Below, in pieces: positions 40,074-50,300 of a stretch of DNA of 64,000 nucleotides; positions within the stretch are counted from its first letter, which is position 1, and the number at the start of each line of letters is the position of its first letter. The position numbers and the translations under genes are program-made. Source of the stretch: a phage. The notes under the pieces are model-generated. The model saw nothing but the letters and a program-made list of their open reading frames with translations, did no database searches and was not told the origin of the DNA. The stretch lies in sequence record PZ452582.1. One strand, 5' to 3'.

Positions 40074-40346
40074 ATGAATAAAAACATTGATACAGTTCGT
40101 GAAATTATTACTGTTGCGTCTATTTTGATTAAATTTTCCAGAGAAGATATTGTTGAGAATCGTGCTAATTTTATTGCATTTCTGAATGAGATTGGAGTAA
40201 CGCATGAAGGTAGAAAATTAAATCAGAATTCATTCCGTAAAATTGTTTCTGAATTAACTCAAGAAGATAAGAAAACCCTCATCGACGAATTCAACGAGGG
40301 TTTTGAGGGTGTATATCGATATCTAGAGATGTATACGAACAAATAA
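40074..40346 (+). CDS. asiA: AsiA anti-sigma70 factor
   Basis: 90 aa; sequence recognised as T4 AsiA. Confidence 0.93.
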   Translation: MNKNIDTVREIITVASILIKFSREDIVENRANFIAFLNEIGVTHEGRKLNQNSFRKIVSELTQEDKKTLIDEFNEGFEGVYRYLEMYTNK

Positions 40347-41003
40347 TTATTTAGCCCTTCCTAATATTCTGGCCGCCTGAGCACATATTGATTCAAGGCG
40401 GTCATTACTTATATGATCATTTCTATACCAGTACATGGTTATCGTTCCAGCATAGATATTATCCAAATTAAAATATGGACAACTGTACATGTAGTTTATT
40501 TCGGGAGTAGGCTTTTTAGTTGGTAAAAAAGCAAATTTTGAGTCAGAATAATAATGACGTCCATTTAAATGAACTGCATATTCATCCATAGTTTTATCAA
40601 CAGGATATCCTCCAAGTGATTTTTCAGTTATTGTTGAAGGTAATCTTCCTTCGTATGCTATAATATCAACAAAATAGTTTAAGTTTTTAGGGCGGAAAGA
40701 ATACACCGCACTAAAGTCTGCCTCAGATGATATATGAACTATCTGGAGTTGTTCCAGGGCGACAGATTCAAAGCGTGCATTTCTTTCCTTTTCAATAATT
40801 TCACTGTATGTTTCATACTTTGATTGCTTATAGTACTCAAAGAAACTATCTCCCCTATACCAAACAATCGCCATCATAAATAAAAGAATTACGACAGCTA
40901 CCCGGGAAGCAAGAACTTTCCCGGTAGCGTTATCTTTGAACAAGCGATCTAGAACACCAAATAGAATATCAGAGGGCGAAAATGATATTCTAGGTGCTGC
41001 CAT
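40347..41003 (-). CDS. t: Holin gpt
   Basis: 218 aa, same as T4 holin T; single N-terminal TM then large periplasmic domain; downstream of gene 38. Confidence 0.9.
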   Translation of the reverse strand: MAAPRISFSPSDILFGVLDRLFKDNATGKVLASRVAVVILLFMMAIVWYRGDSFFEYYKQSKYETYSEIIEKERNARFESVALEQLQIVHISSEADFSAVYSFRPKNLNYFVDIIAYEGRLPSTITEKSLGGYPVDKTMDEYAVHLNGRHYYSDSKFAFLPTKKPTPEINYMYSCPYFNLDNIYAGTITMYWYRNDHISNDRLESICAQAARILGRAK

Positions 41004-41035
41004 AGACCCTCCTTTTAAGGATATTTATTCAAAAA

Positions 41036-41821
41036 TTATACTCTTGAACCATATATTGTACCAACCTTAGTCCAAGTTGGAGCATTACCAGTAACAGCTT
41101 TACCGGCCGCACCGCCGTTATATTCTGATCCTTGCCCACGAATATTACATTTACCACCTGCGGCACCAGCATCACCGCCATTACCGCCATTATAGATACC
41201 ATTGACAGACCCTTTACCAGGTGCAGAAATAGTACCAGCAGTAGCGCCCTGTTCCATATTAGCAGACCCGCCAGCAGCACCAAATGGACGACCGCCGCCA
41301 CCGCCAAAAGTCAATTTCATTTGTGAAAAAGGAGAATAATATCCGCCTCCACCGCCGCCACCGCCTCCTGCGATAACACCATTGTTGTTAATACGCAATC
41401 TAGTTCCAATTCCATTATTTATTGCAGTTCCTCCTGCTCCACCGGCAGAGTTATTTCCGCCATTCCCGCCACGGCCCCAAACATGCACGCCTGAATTGAT
41501 ATTAAGTGTCACGTATGCATTAGTTAATGAGCTAGGAAAATCTAAGCATGGAACACCAGTAGATTGAGAAACAATATTTCCTGTAATAGTAATAACAACA
41601 GGCGTGGACCCTTGTGCTTTTATCCAGTTTATTAATGTATCTTTATTATAAGAATTACTAGCACCAATGCTATAATATACTTCTTTAGATTGTCCGGCCA
41701 TTGAGCTCATCCAACCGGGAACTGAAACACGGACTGCTCTCATTGCAGCATCCATCCAACGTTGTCCAGTTTCATTCACGGCAGATTCACCAATCCAGCC
41801 AGGAACACCTACAATTGCCAT
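41036..41821 (-). CDS. 38: gp38 tail-fibre adhesin (T2/T6 type, glycine-rich motifs)
   Basis: 261 aa with poly-Gly islands (GGGGGGGGYYSP, GGNGGNNSAGGAGG); position between 37 and t. Confidence 0.8.
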   Translation of the reverse strand: MAIVGVPGWIGESAVNETGQRWMDAAMRAVRVSVPGWMSSMAGQSKEVYYSIGASNSYNKDTLINWIKAQGSTPVVITITGNIVSQSTGVPCLDFPSSLTNAYVTLNINSGVHVWGRGGNGGNNSAGGAGGTAINNGIGTRLRINNNGVIAGGGGGGGGGYYSPFSQMKLTFGGGGGRPFGAAGGSANMEQGATAGTISAPGKGSVNGIYNGGNGGDAGAAGGKCNIRGQGSEYNGGAAGKAVTGNAPTWTKVGTIYGSRV

Positions 41822-41832
41822 TAAAAATCCTT

Positions 41833-41850
41833 AGAGGGCCGAAGCCCTCT
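41833..41850 (-). other. Intercistronic RNA hairpin between genes 37 and 38
   Basis: AGAGGGC-TTCG-GCCCTCT right after gp37 stop and just before AAGGA SD of gene 38. Confidence 0.5.
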
Positions 41851-41851
41851 T

Positions 41852-44800
41852 TTACATAAGTTTAGATTCAAGTTCTTTTACACGAGAAGAAAGCGTTTTC
41901 ACAGCTTCAACCAGAAGAGCAATCTGGGCTTGAGAAGAAACAGTGAGTATTTTATTACCCTTGCTGTCTTCTGTTTCACGGACGGCTTCTGGTAAAACGT
42001 CTTGTAGCGTTTGAGCTACAATACCCGCTTCAGTTTCAATTGCCTCTCCACCGATGTATTCAGCTTTATCATAAATGACACCATTGAGTTTTTCAACTTT
42101 ATCAAGTGCATTTTCGATAGGTTTGAAATTAGATTTTAAGCGAATATCAGAACGAATATAAACGTTTGGGGCATTTATATTTTTATATGAGTACAAATCA
42201 CCATTTTGGAAACGGAAAGTCTGTACACCATTCGCATATATGTCTAATAATCCATCGCCATTTTGCTTAATACCAGTGTCATTATCGCCAAACGCTATAC
42301 TATTTCCACCAAGTGCGTTATTGATGTTAATACCAAATGAATTCATTTGATTAACACCAGCTACAGTAGCATTATTTACTACAAAGCGATTAGCTCCACC
42401 TGGTGTTTTTTCAAAGTAAGCAATATAGTTAGTTTCATCGGCAATTTCAATACGGTTACCGCGAGAAGCATCGCCAGCATGAAATATTCTCATATTTCTC
42501 GGGTTAGCACCTGATTTATCAAAGTTAATAGAACCATTATCTTTGACGTTTATGCTATTATAGAATAAAGCAGCGCTGCGAACAGCTATGCCATTATTCA
42601 TCATCACTTCGCCGGTTGTTAAGTTAATTGCGAAAGGACGTTTACTATTCCAATCGCCATTAACAGTTGCTGCGCCATCGGTGGCATTTTTATCTGTAAA
42701 CAGAATATAAAAACTACCGCCATCATTTCGTAGCATTGTAGCAACAGAACCAGTTTTATCGCTGTTGCTTCTGATACGAATACCGGTTTGGTTATTAATA
42801 GCTATTTCAGAATCGGCTTCATAACGCTTAACTTTACCGCGATCAACTAAGTTATTAAGAACATTAGCAACTTGACCATTAACTGCTGTATCTGGAAGAG
42901 CATCTACAGGTGATTGTGTAGATGAGTTAATACCAATAACACTAACAGTAGCATTTTCGGTACATGACCACTCACAAGCTAATTGATTACAATATGTTCC
43001 AGCAGAAACATAAATGTCATATGTATCTCCAGAGACGTTATTAACTGCAATATCTTTAAATGCAGCTCCAATTGTTCTTGTGTATAATGCAGCATTTAAG
43101 TCAGCAGGTCTTTCATTACTAGTACGTAAAACAATTTCAGCAATATTACATTGTGTGAATAATCCGCTATTAAATCCAGAACCTCCAACTATTTTAAAGA
43201 AGACCGTTGAAGTGGATTGTGGCATTGTTACTGTTGCAAACTTATACCATCCAGCGGTTGCTCCATAAGTAATAAATCCAGAATTAACTTTACGGTTTAA
43301 CGTGGTATTTAAATTGGCAAAGTTTCCTGAACCACTGGTAATATTACCGTCAGTTCCTAGTTGGGCATTTCCGACTTTAAGAGGCTTAGTAATATCGACA
43401 GTATCAGAGTTTAATGCAATACCATGGGAGTGAGTGTAACTATGCATACGAACGACGTTTCCGCCATCGCCAATACCTAAATACCATTTCGGAACATCTG
43501 CTTTACGTCCTTGGATGAAGTTAGAAGACTCTTGCGTTGGAGCATTTATTCTAATAGCATCTGATGCCATATTTAGTGTTATACGTTGATTAGAAGTAGT
43601 TCCAGCCACTTCTACTTTAAATCTACCGCCGCCAATATCTACATCATGATCCATGGAAACTTTACCATTACTTAATGTAATATAGAACGGACGTAAATTA
43701 GAAATGCCGCCTGATTCACCCGCATTCTGTGGGGTTGGAATAATATAAAACTTATCTTCAGAACGACGGAAAATAGCACCGTATTCAGCATTCCAAATTC
43801 TTAATGCATCAGCAGTTCCGCCGATTTTAACTTGTCCATTTACAGACAATCCATTATCAGCATTCAGGGAAGATCTTGTTGTAATAGAACCAGAAGTTAA
43901 TAAACTACCGGCCATCGCAAATTCAACAGAACCGGCAGTAGAACCTGCTGCAGGAGCAACGCGCTGTGAATAAAAATGCCAACCCTGTCCATCGCCTAAT
44001 TCAAATACAGTTTCTCTGTTTTTATTAGTGTTATCCTCAAATGCATTGCCCCATGCTTTCATGGTCACATAGCTTTTGTTCTGACCCGGGCGGGTGCCTG
44101 CGTTCCATTGTATTGTCTTAGTTCCATTTATAGAAGAAGAAGCGCCAAATTTAAGACCGGCGTTAGAAGAACTACTATTAAAGAATAACCCATTATTAAG
44201 CTTAACTTCTTGAGTAGATGCAACAGTACCATCAGCACGCAAATTTAATGAATTTGAACCAGTTTTAATATCTAAAATGCCAGGCTCAACAAGAAGTCCA
44301 TCGCCCATACTAACGGACATACGACCTGTACCACGGAAATAGTGATACATTTTAGAATTACTGCTATAACCGATATGAGTTTGACCATCACCGTTATTAT
44401 TACCATCAACATCGGTACGCGCAGTAAACATTGCTTGGTTGTTATTTGGGAAATCCCAAGTAGTACCAGAATCGCGGCTATAACCGACCATCAATTTTTT
44501 AGTACTATTAATACCATTATTAATAATAGTCGCCGCAGAAATACCGTTAGCCATTAAGTCAATAACGCCAGTACGAACCCATTTAAGTCCAGAAGCATTA
44601 TCGCCAAGAGCTAAATACCTATCTCCCATTACCCCGGTATTTCCATAATCGCTTGACGGGTATCCTTCAGTCACAGTACCAATGGCCAAGCTATTGCGGA
44701 TAATCATTCTACCGTCGTTACGAATACCGTATAGTTTAAATAACGGTATATTACCAGTCCACCAAGAAACTTCATCAGCTAGCCCAGTCTGAGCTGTACA

Positions 44801-45511
44801 AATTTCATGGTAAATAGTTCCACCTGATTTAGCTCGAACTTTACGAAGATAGTTTACACCATTTGTTTCGCCTGTGCCAGGATAAACATACTGAACTAAT
44901 GACTGCGAATCATAGGTCCCAAAAGATTTAGAATCATGATTAATTAAATTAACACTAATAGTTGGTGTACTAATAGAAGTTAAAGCAGTTAATTTGCGTG
45001 CCTGGAAGATACCGCCATCAGTAGAAATGAAATGAAATTCTGAATTTTGAGCTCCCGCAGCGGTTCCTTGACGAACACGCATTGTAATTACGCCTTCATT
45101 TTCAGACTGCGGTTTTGAATATAAAACGCCACGTTCTGAGCCATTTGTATTTTCAAACCAAAGATGGGCATTTGCAGTATCATTTATTGCTCTTGTATAA
45201 AATGAACCGGATGTTGATCTGAATACTGTAGCAGAAACAATATTACTTGCCGTAATAGTACCACTTGTAGAAAAATTTCCAAAGTTGTTTATTGGTCCAT
45301 TGACGCGTAAAGTTCCATCAATAGTTACATTTCCATTAATTTGACCGCCTTTAGCAATACCTAGATCAATGATATTTCCTGAATCATCTTTAGTAAAAAT
45401 TGTTCTATCTTTTAAGTTTATAGCCAATTCACCTTCGGCTAATACTGAAGCAGCAGGACGTGCACCTGCGGTTTTGCTTCTTTTAAATTGTATTTGTTTT
45501 AAAGTAGCCAT
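41852..45511 (-). CDS. 37: gp37 long tail fibre distal subunit
   Basis: 1219-aa ORF between 36 and 38; Gly/Ser/Thr/Asn-rich fibrous composition. Confidence 0.88.
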   Translation of the reverse strand: MATLKQIQFKRSKTAGARPAASVLAEGELAINLKDRTIFTKDDSGNIIDLGIAKGGQINGNVTIDGTLRVNGPINNFGNFSTSGTITASNIVSATVFRSTSGSFYTRAINDTANAHLWFENTNGSERGVLYSKPQSENEGVITMRVRQGTAAGAQNSEFHFISTDGGIFQARKLTALTSISTPTISVNLINHDSKSFGTYDSQSLVQYVYPGTGETNGVNYLRKVRAKSGGTIYHEICTAQTGLADEVSWWTGNIPLFKLYGIRNDGRMIIRNSLAIGTVTEGYPSSDYGNTGVMGDRYLALGDNASGLKWVRTGVIDLMANGISAATIINNGINSTKKLMVGYSRDSGTTWDFPNNNQAMFTARTDVDGNNNGDGQTHIGYSSNSKMYHYFRGTGRMSVSMGDGLLVEPGILDIKTGSNSLNLRADGTVASTQEVKLNNGLFFNSSSSNAGLKFGASSSINGTKTIQWNAGTRPGQNKSYVTMKAWGNAFEDNTNKNRETVFELGDGQGWHFYSQRVAPAAGSTAGSVEFAMAGSLLTSGSITTRSSLNADNGLSVNGQVKIGGTADALRIWNAEYGAIFRRSEDKFYIIPTPQNAGESGGISNLRPFYITLSNGKVSMDHDVDIGGGRFKVEVAGTTSNQRITLNMASDAIRINAPTQESSNFIQGRKADVPKWYLGIGDGGNVVRMHSYTHSHGIALNSDTVDITKPLKVGNAQLGTDGNITSGSGNFANLNTTLNRKVNSGFITYGATAGWYKFATVTMPQSTSTVFFKIVGGSGFNSGLFTQCNIAEIVLRTSNERPADLNAALYTRTIGAAFKDIAVNNVSGDTYDIYVSAGTYCNQLACEWSCTENATVSVIGINSSTQSPVDALPDTAVNGQVANVLNNLVDRGKVKRYEADSEIAINNQTGIRIRSNSDKTGSVATMLRNDGGSFYILFTDKNATDGAATVNGDWNSKRPFAINLTTGEVMMNNGIAVRSAALFYNSINVKDNGSINFDKSGANPRNMRIFHAGDASRGNRIEIADETNYIAYFEKTPGGANRFVVNNATVAGVNQMNSFGININNALGGNSIAFGDNDTGIKQNGDGLLDIYANGVQTFRFQNGDLYSYKNINAPNVYIRSDIRLKSNFKPIENALDKVEKLNGVIYDKAEYIGGEAIETEAGIVAQTLQDVLPEAVRETEDSKGNKILTVSSQAQIALLVEAVKTLSSRVKELESKLM

Positions 45512-45519
45512 AAGTCCTC

Positions 45520-46179
45520 TTAATAATAGCCGAAATCTTGAACAGAATCCTTAATTACGATTTGGTCAAATCGTGGAACGTGTGAAGGTTGAGATGCAGG
45601 ATTCTGCGAGAAAAAGTTTGGTGCGGTTAAGTTTCCAGTCATAGTGTCTCCTTTACGGAAAACTCTAGAATCCGCATTTGCCGTAACAGTATTTATTGCT
45701 CCATCAACATAATCTTTTCGAGTAAGGTCATTCACTGCTATAGGAGCAGCCGCATCACTTCTTACTTGACCTGATGCTGATACAACACCTTTTGTGCTAA
45801 TATCACCATTACGTGTATTAATTACAACAGTTCGGGCTGCTGAACCTTGTGATGATTTAAAACCAATACCGTACCACGAAACAATATCCATATTTGTAGT
45901 ATCATACGTGGCATTATCACCAGGACCAGCAAAAATACCATTGTCACCTGATCCTGCGCCAGGGACAGTCATCCCTTTATTAAAAATTACCTTATTTAAA
46001 TAAGTACCGCCATTAGCTTTAGAAACGAAATCGTTATCAGCCGCTTGCGGTTTATTGTATTCTGAATATATTTTAAATGATTTATAGAGTACATCGTCAC
46101 CGGCTGGATTCAATGGAAAATTTCCTTGATGCCAAATGACAGAGCCTCCAGTTGTTGAACCTACTTTTAAATCAGCCAT
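45520..46179 (-). CDS. 36: gp36 long tail fibre distal connector
   Basis: 219 aa (T4 gp36 about 221); position. Confidence 0.85.
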   Translation of the reverse strand: MADLKVGSTTGGSVIWHQGNFPLNPAGDDVLYKSFKIYSEYNKPQAADNDFVSKANGGTYLNKVIFNKGMTVPGAGSGDNGIFAGPGDNATYDTTNMDIVSWYGIGFKSSQGSAARTVVINTRNGDISTKGVVSASGQVRSDAAAPIAVNDLTRKDYVDGAINTVTANADSRVFRKGDTMTGNLTAPNFFSQNPASQPSHVPRFDQIVIKDSVQDFGYY

Positions 46180-46202
46180 TGTATGCCCCTTTATTTTAAT
46201 AG

Positions 46203-46210
46203 TATTTATA
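46203..46210 (-). promoter_or_regulatory. T4 late promoter TATAAATA (gene 36)
   Basis: Exact TATAAATA on the minus strand 24 nt upstream of the gp36 ATG. Confidence 0.65.
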
Positions 46211-46218
46211 AAGAAAAA

Positions 46219-46236
46219 GGGAACCCGAAGGCTCCC
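46219..46236 (-). terminator. Terminator hairpin after gene 35 (GGGAGCC-UUCG-GGUUCCC, U5)
   Basis: 7-bp stem (one G-U) with UUCG loop and U-run on the minus-strand transcript. Confidence 0.55.
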
Positions 46237-46241
46237 TCAGT

Positions 46242-47357
46242 TTAAACTTCTCTAAATTCTTGCCCAAACACTTTACCAGTTTTAGACGATGCTTGTGTAG
46301 GAAGTACCATTATATCCGGAGGTGAAGCAGATTCACAGATATAATTAACACGAATACCATTGACGCCAAATTCAGCAGGTTTTGAAATGCCGCCGTTTCT
46401 TGATACTTCAGAAAAGCTTAAATTTCGCATACCGCCTTGTCCAGCTTGAGCAGTTCTTTGCGCATATATCGTAAATCCAACTGCATTTTCTGGAACAACT
46501 ACATAGTCTTCCTTTAATTCCCAAGACCCAGCCTGTCCAGTAAACTCAGCTTGTGTCGAGGAAATATATCCATTAGATGCATTATAAAAACGGATAGATA
46601 TATTTGTAGTTCCAAGCGCAAGTAAATCAGCATCGGCATATAACTGGGCTTTAAGATAAAGAACGTCACCAGGAATTAAATTATAATCAGAGAGTTTACT
46701 TATAGCAGCTGAAGTTGGTAATCTTGCAATTTCGTTATTAGTTCCACCAACCGCTGACATAAATTGCTCAACGCTTTCATACGTTCTTCTTGGAAACCCG
46801 GTAGCTCCGACGTCTTCTAAACTGTCAAATACAACATCTAAAATAGTTTGATAATCATCTGTGCTTTTTCTATTACTCAGTTTAACATGCTCTAATGCAA
46901 TAGCTCTTTTAGAAGAAGTATAAAAAGCAGCATATGATACGTCGAATCTTGACAATACAGAGTCAGATGGAAAAGCAGACGTTCCTGCTGTTCTTAACCA
47001 AGATACTACTTCAGGAGGAAAATTAACCTTTCCGTTAGTTAATATAGCAACAATTCGATTATTCGTCAAAGAATTCATGAAACTAACAAAGGCAGCTGAT
47101 GTAGTATCATTTGAAGTCGAAAAAGCATATGATTTACTATCAACTAATGCTCCGGTGGAAGGGTCAAAAACTCTTAAATGAAGACCTGCGCTAAATGTTT
47201 GATTTCCTACAGGATTATCCTGAAATTTAACGTATGGTCCTGCTGTAGAAAGCGGGCAAGAACCCGCTATGCTTATTTTATATCTTACTGAATTGCTTTC
47301 CGATAAAAATGGCGTTTGGACATATCCTTGTCCAAACTCTGCCATAAATTTTTCCAT
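46242..47357 (-). CDS. 35: gp35 long tail fibre hinge connector
   Basis: 371 aa (T4 gp35 372); position. Confidence 0.85.
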   Translation of the reverse strand: MEKFMAEFGQGYVQTPFLSESNSVRYKISIAGSCPLSTAGPYVKFQDNPVGNQTFSAGLHLRVFDPSTGALVDSKSYAFSTSNDTTSAAFVSFMNSLTNNRIVAILTNGKVNFPPEVVSWLRTAGTSAFPSDSVLSRFDVSYAAFYTSSKRAIALEHVKLSNRKSTDDYQTILDVVFDSLEDVGATGFPRRTYESVEQFMSAVGGTNNEIARLPTSAAISKLSDYNLIPGDVLYLKAQLYADADLLALGTTNISIRFYNASNGYISSTQAEFTGQAGSWELKEDYVVVPENAVGFTIYAQRTAQAGQGGMRNLSFSEVSRNGGISKPAEFGVNGIRVNYICESASPPDIMVLPTQASSKTGKVFGQEFREV

Positions 47358-47365
47358 AATACCTC

Positions 47366-50300
47366 TTATTCAACCCATTCAAATTTAACCGTTTTATTCA
47401 CTGGGTCAGGAATAATGCGAACATTACCAATTCGTAAGAAATCACGAATAGTAAGATTCCCCATTGTAGCATTATCAGATGGTAAAGCACCGATATCAGA
47501 CGGCTGAGGAGGGTTACCTCCGTCAAATACCTGAACAAAACTTGACCAAGAGTTTTTGGTTTTCTGCCATGTACGTGTCCAGCGAGTGGTACGCGCTTCT
47601 GGCGTCGTTGGATAAGTAATCCAATCTTGGTAAAGCGAATCAAGTGTGTTACCAAACTGAGTCAGTGTACCAGGAGATTTAACTTCTTCGCCACGTTCTA
47701 AGTATGGAAGCCCAGTCACTTCGTTAGTTTTTTCAACCATTTTAAAATAACCCGGGAATTGGTTATAAGTAGCTGAATCGTTAATATCAATTGACCAGAA
47801 TCCTACCGTATCAGATGTTGGTGCACGGGTATATAAATCAGATGTTTTAGTACCCTGAGAACGAATTCTCGAGTTAACAGTCAAACCACCTGAATTTATA
47901 GTAGCACCTTTAGCAATGATTAAGCTTTCACCGATCGTTACTTGACCAGATGCATTATTAATAGCTAAAGGACGTAATCCATTAAATCCGCCAGTCTGAT
48001 CACCCGATGCAGTAAGCATAAAATATGTGTTAGCAGCATCATTGCGAATAAAGAATCCATAGTCGCCATTTATTGCTCTGAAAGCATTTGCAGACTTGCT
48101 GATGAATTCGCCATTGGCTGTAACTGAACTACCAAATGTTGCTACGCCATTCGCATTCAATGAACCGGAAGCGTTAACATTTATTGGCATCACAGTACCA
48201 TTAATGCTAAACGTAATATTACCAGCTTTATTACGTTGAGAATAAAAGTGATTAGATGTTTCATCACCAACTTCAAATACAGTAGAACGCGTTGTATCTG
48301 ATCCGCCACCAAACTGATTTCCCCAAACTCTGATAGTCATCGTCTGCGCTGGGTTAGTTCCAGTTTGAGGTCCTTTCTCAAAAATCAGACGAGTTGCCGT
48401 TCCAGTATTAGAAATAGTTAATGTACTATTTGCCGAAACTGATCCACCAAACGTAGCAGTACTAGATGATACAAGAGGGGCACTCAGATTCGTTTGTTGG
48501 GTTAAGGTTAGTGAACCATTAACCGTCTGTGCGATATCCCTACGAATGAACTGAGATGAATCTAGACCATCCAATAAATTTGTATCAGCAGCTTTTGCTT
48601 TTAATGGCAAATAATTTGCTAATACACGGTTTAATTCATATGGTGATACCGCATAGCTATTTTTCTCATACAGTTCTAAATCTTGGGTAGAACCGACTGT
48701 ATCATTACCAACGAATGTAATTGAACCAGATGAAGTTTTAACAAAACCTCTTATTGCAGTAGTAGCTGCCCAAGTAGGTTCACTCTGCACAATCCATTTT
48801 AAATTTTTTGGAGATACAGCAGTGTTCGCTGACGTTCCAGTCACAGTTTCAGACTGAGTTGCAACTTTAATAACACCTTCTTGCGATTCGGTAGATTTAG
48901 TACCTAAAAGCTTTTTAGGAGTTATTAAAACATTATCTAATGTTCCTGCAGCAGCTTCAACTTGTGTAGCTACACGAAGTGTACCACGTTGCGTCTCATT
49001 TGCTTCAAGAATATTAAGGGTATAATGGTCCCAGAGAGTTCCTGATTCAACTAATCCAGATAGAGCAACAACAGAAGTACGATCAGTACTATTAAATCTG
49101 GTTTTAATTTTTAATGGTGTAGAGATACGAGTATCGTCGACGCCTGCGTCGAATTCAACTTGTGTAGCAATTTCAGCTATACCACTTAAACTTTCAGTTG
49201 CTCTACGGTCATTTAAAGTTTTAGGAGTGACTGCACGAGTATAATCAGTTCCTGTATTAACTTCACTTTGCGTAGCAATTTCAATTAAACCAATTCTTCC
49301 ATCAGTTGATGTCTTTTTATGTAACGTTTCTGGCGTTACAACAGCATTTGCCCATCCTTCTTGACTTTGACCAGCAATTACTTCACTTTCAACTGCTAAA
49401 ATTACTGCACCTTGCTGTGTTGGAGTAGCTTTATACTGATCCAAAGCTTTTGGCGAAACAACTAAATTATTAGTGTTTTTATTATAAACATTCGTACCAT
49501 TTAATTCACGGCTAGAAGCTGGAGTAGCACCTGCAGTAGATACAAAAGTTACAATACCAGATAATGATTCAGAACCTTGACGAGCTTGAAGCTTTTTAGG
49601 AGTAATGATGGTTGTATCATCTGTTCCTGCGTTTGTTTCTTGCTGAGTAGCAATTTCTGCAACACCTCTGCGAGTTTCTGTAGCAGTTCTTTCATTCAGC
49701 TTTTTAGGAGTGATGATAATATCATCAGCAAAAGAGAATGTGGTGTTCTGATTCACTTGAGCAGTAGTTGCTATTCTTGCAATACCTCTGCGAGTTTCAG
49801 TAGCAGTACGGTTAGCTAATGTTTCTGGAGTAATTGCTAATTCTTTTTGTGGAGAATTTTCTAAATCGACGTTAGCTTGAGCTTGTGTAGCTAAAGCAAT
49901 TACGCCTAATCTTGCTCTAGTAGAATCATTTAAAGAATCTACTCTTTCGACAGTTGGAACGTTTTGCTGTACAACCCAATATTTTCCATCAGAATCTTCA
50001 ATATAAGCAAGTTGTAAAACTGGAACATAATTAGTTTCACCGTTAAAAACTAATTCTTGAACAGTCACCCATTCAGCTTCAGGCGGATATTCTGAACGTT
50101 TTGGGAATTGCAGCAATTGAACTGAAGAAGCAATTTTATCTTCACCTGCAGCTTTGATTTTAACTGTTTGTCCTTTTCTCATGTAATTCATGGAAATTTT
50201 AACAGTATCACCAACAGAAATATTAGTTGGAAGCTGAAGCTCAATCGTTTGAGTTGTTCCGTTATTTGCACCAAATACCATAACTTCTTCGTTTGGACGA

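Noticed and set aside
41004-41035. Late promoter upstream of holin t
   Set aside because: Only GAATAAATA (7 of 8 match) on the minus strand; plausible but not an exact late-promoter consensus
41100-41500. Glycine-codon repeats in gene 38 as a possible tandem repeat or CRISPR-like array
   Set aside because: They are in-frame coding repeats for poly-Gly motifs of gp38, not spacer-repeat units
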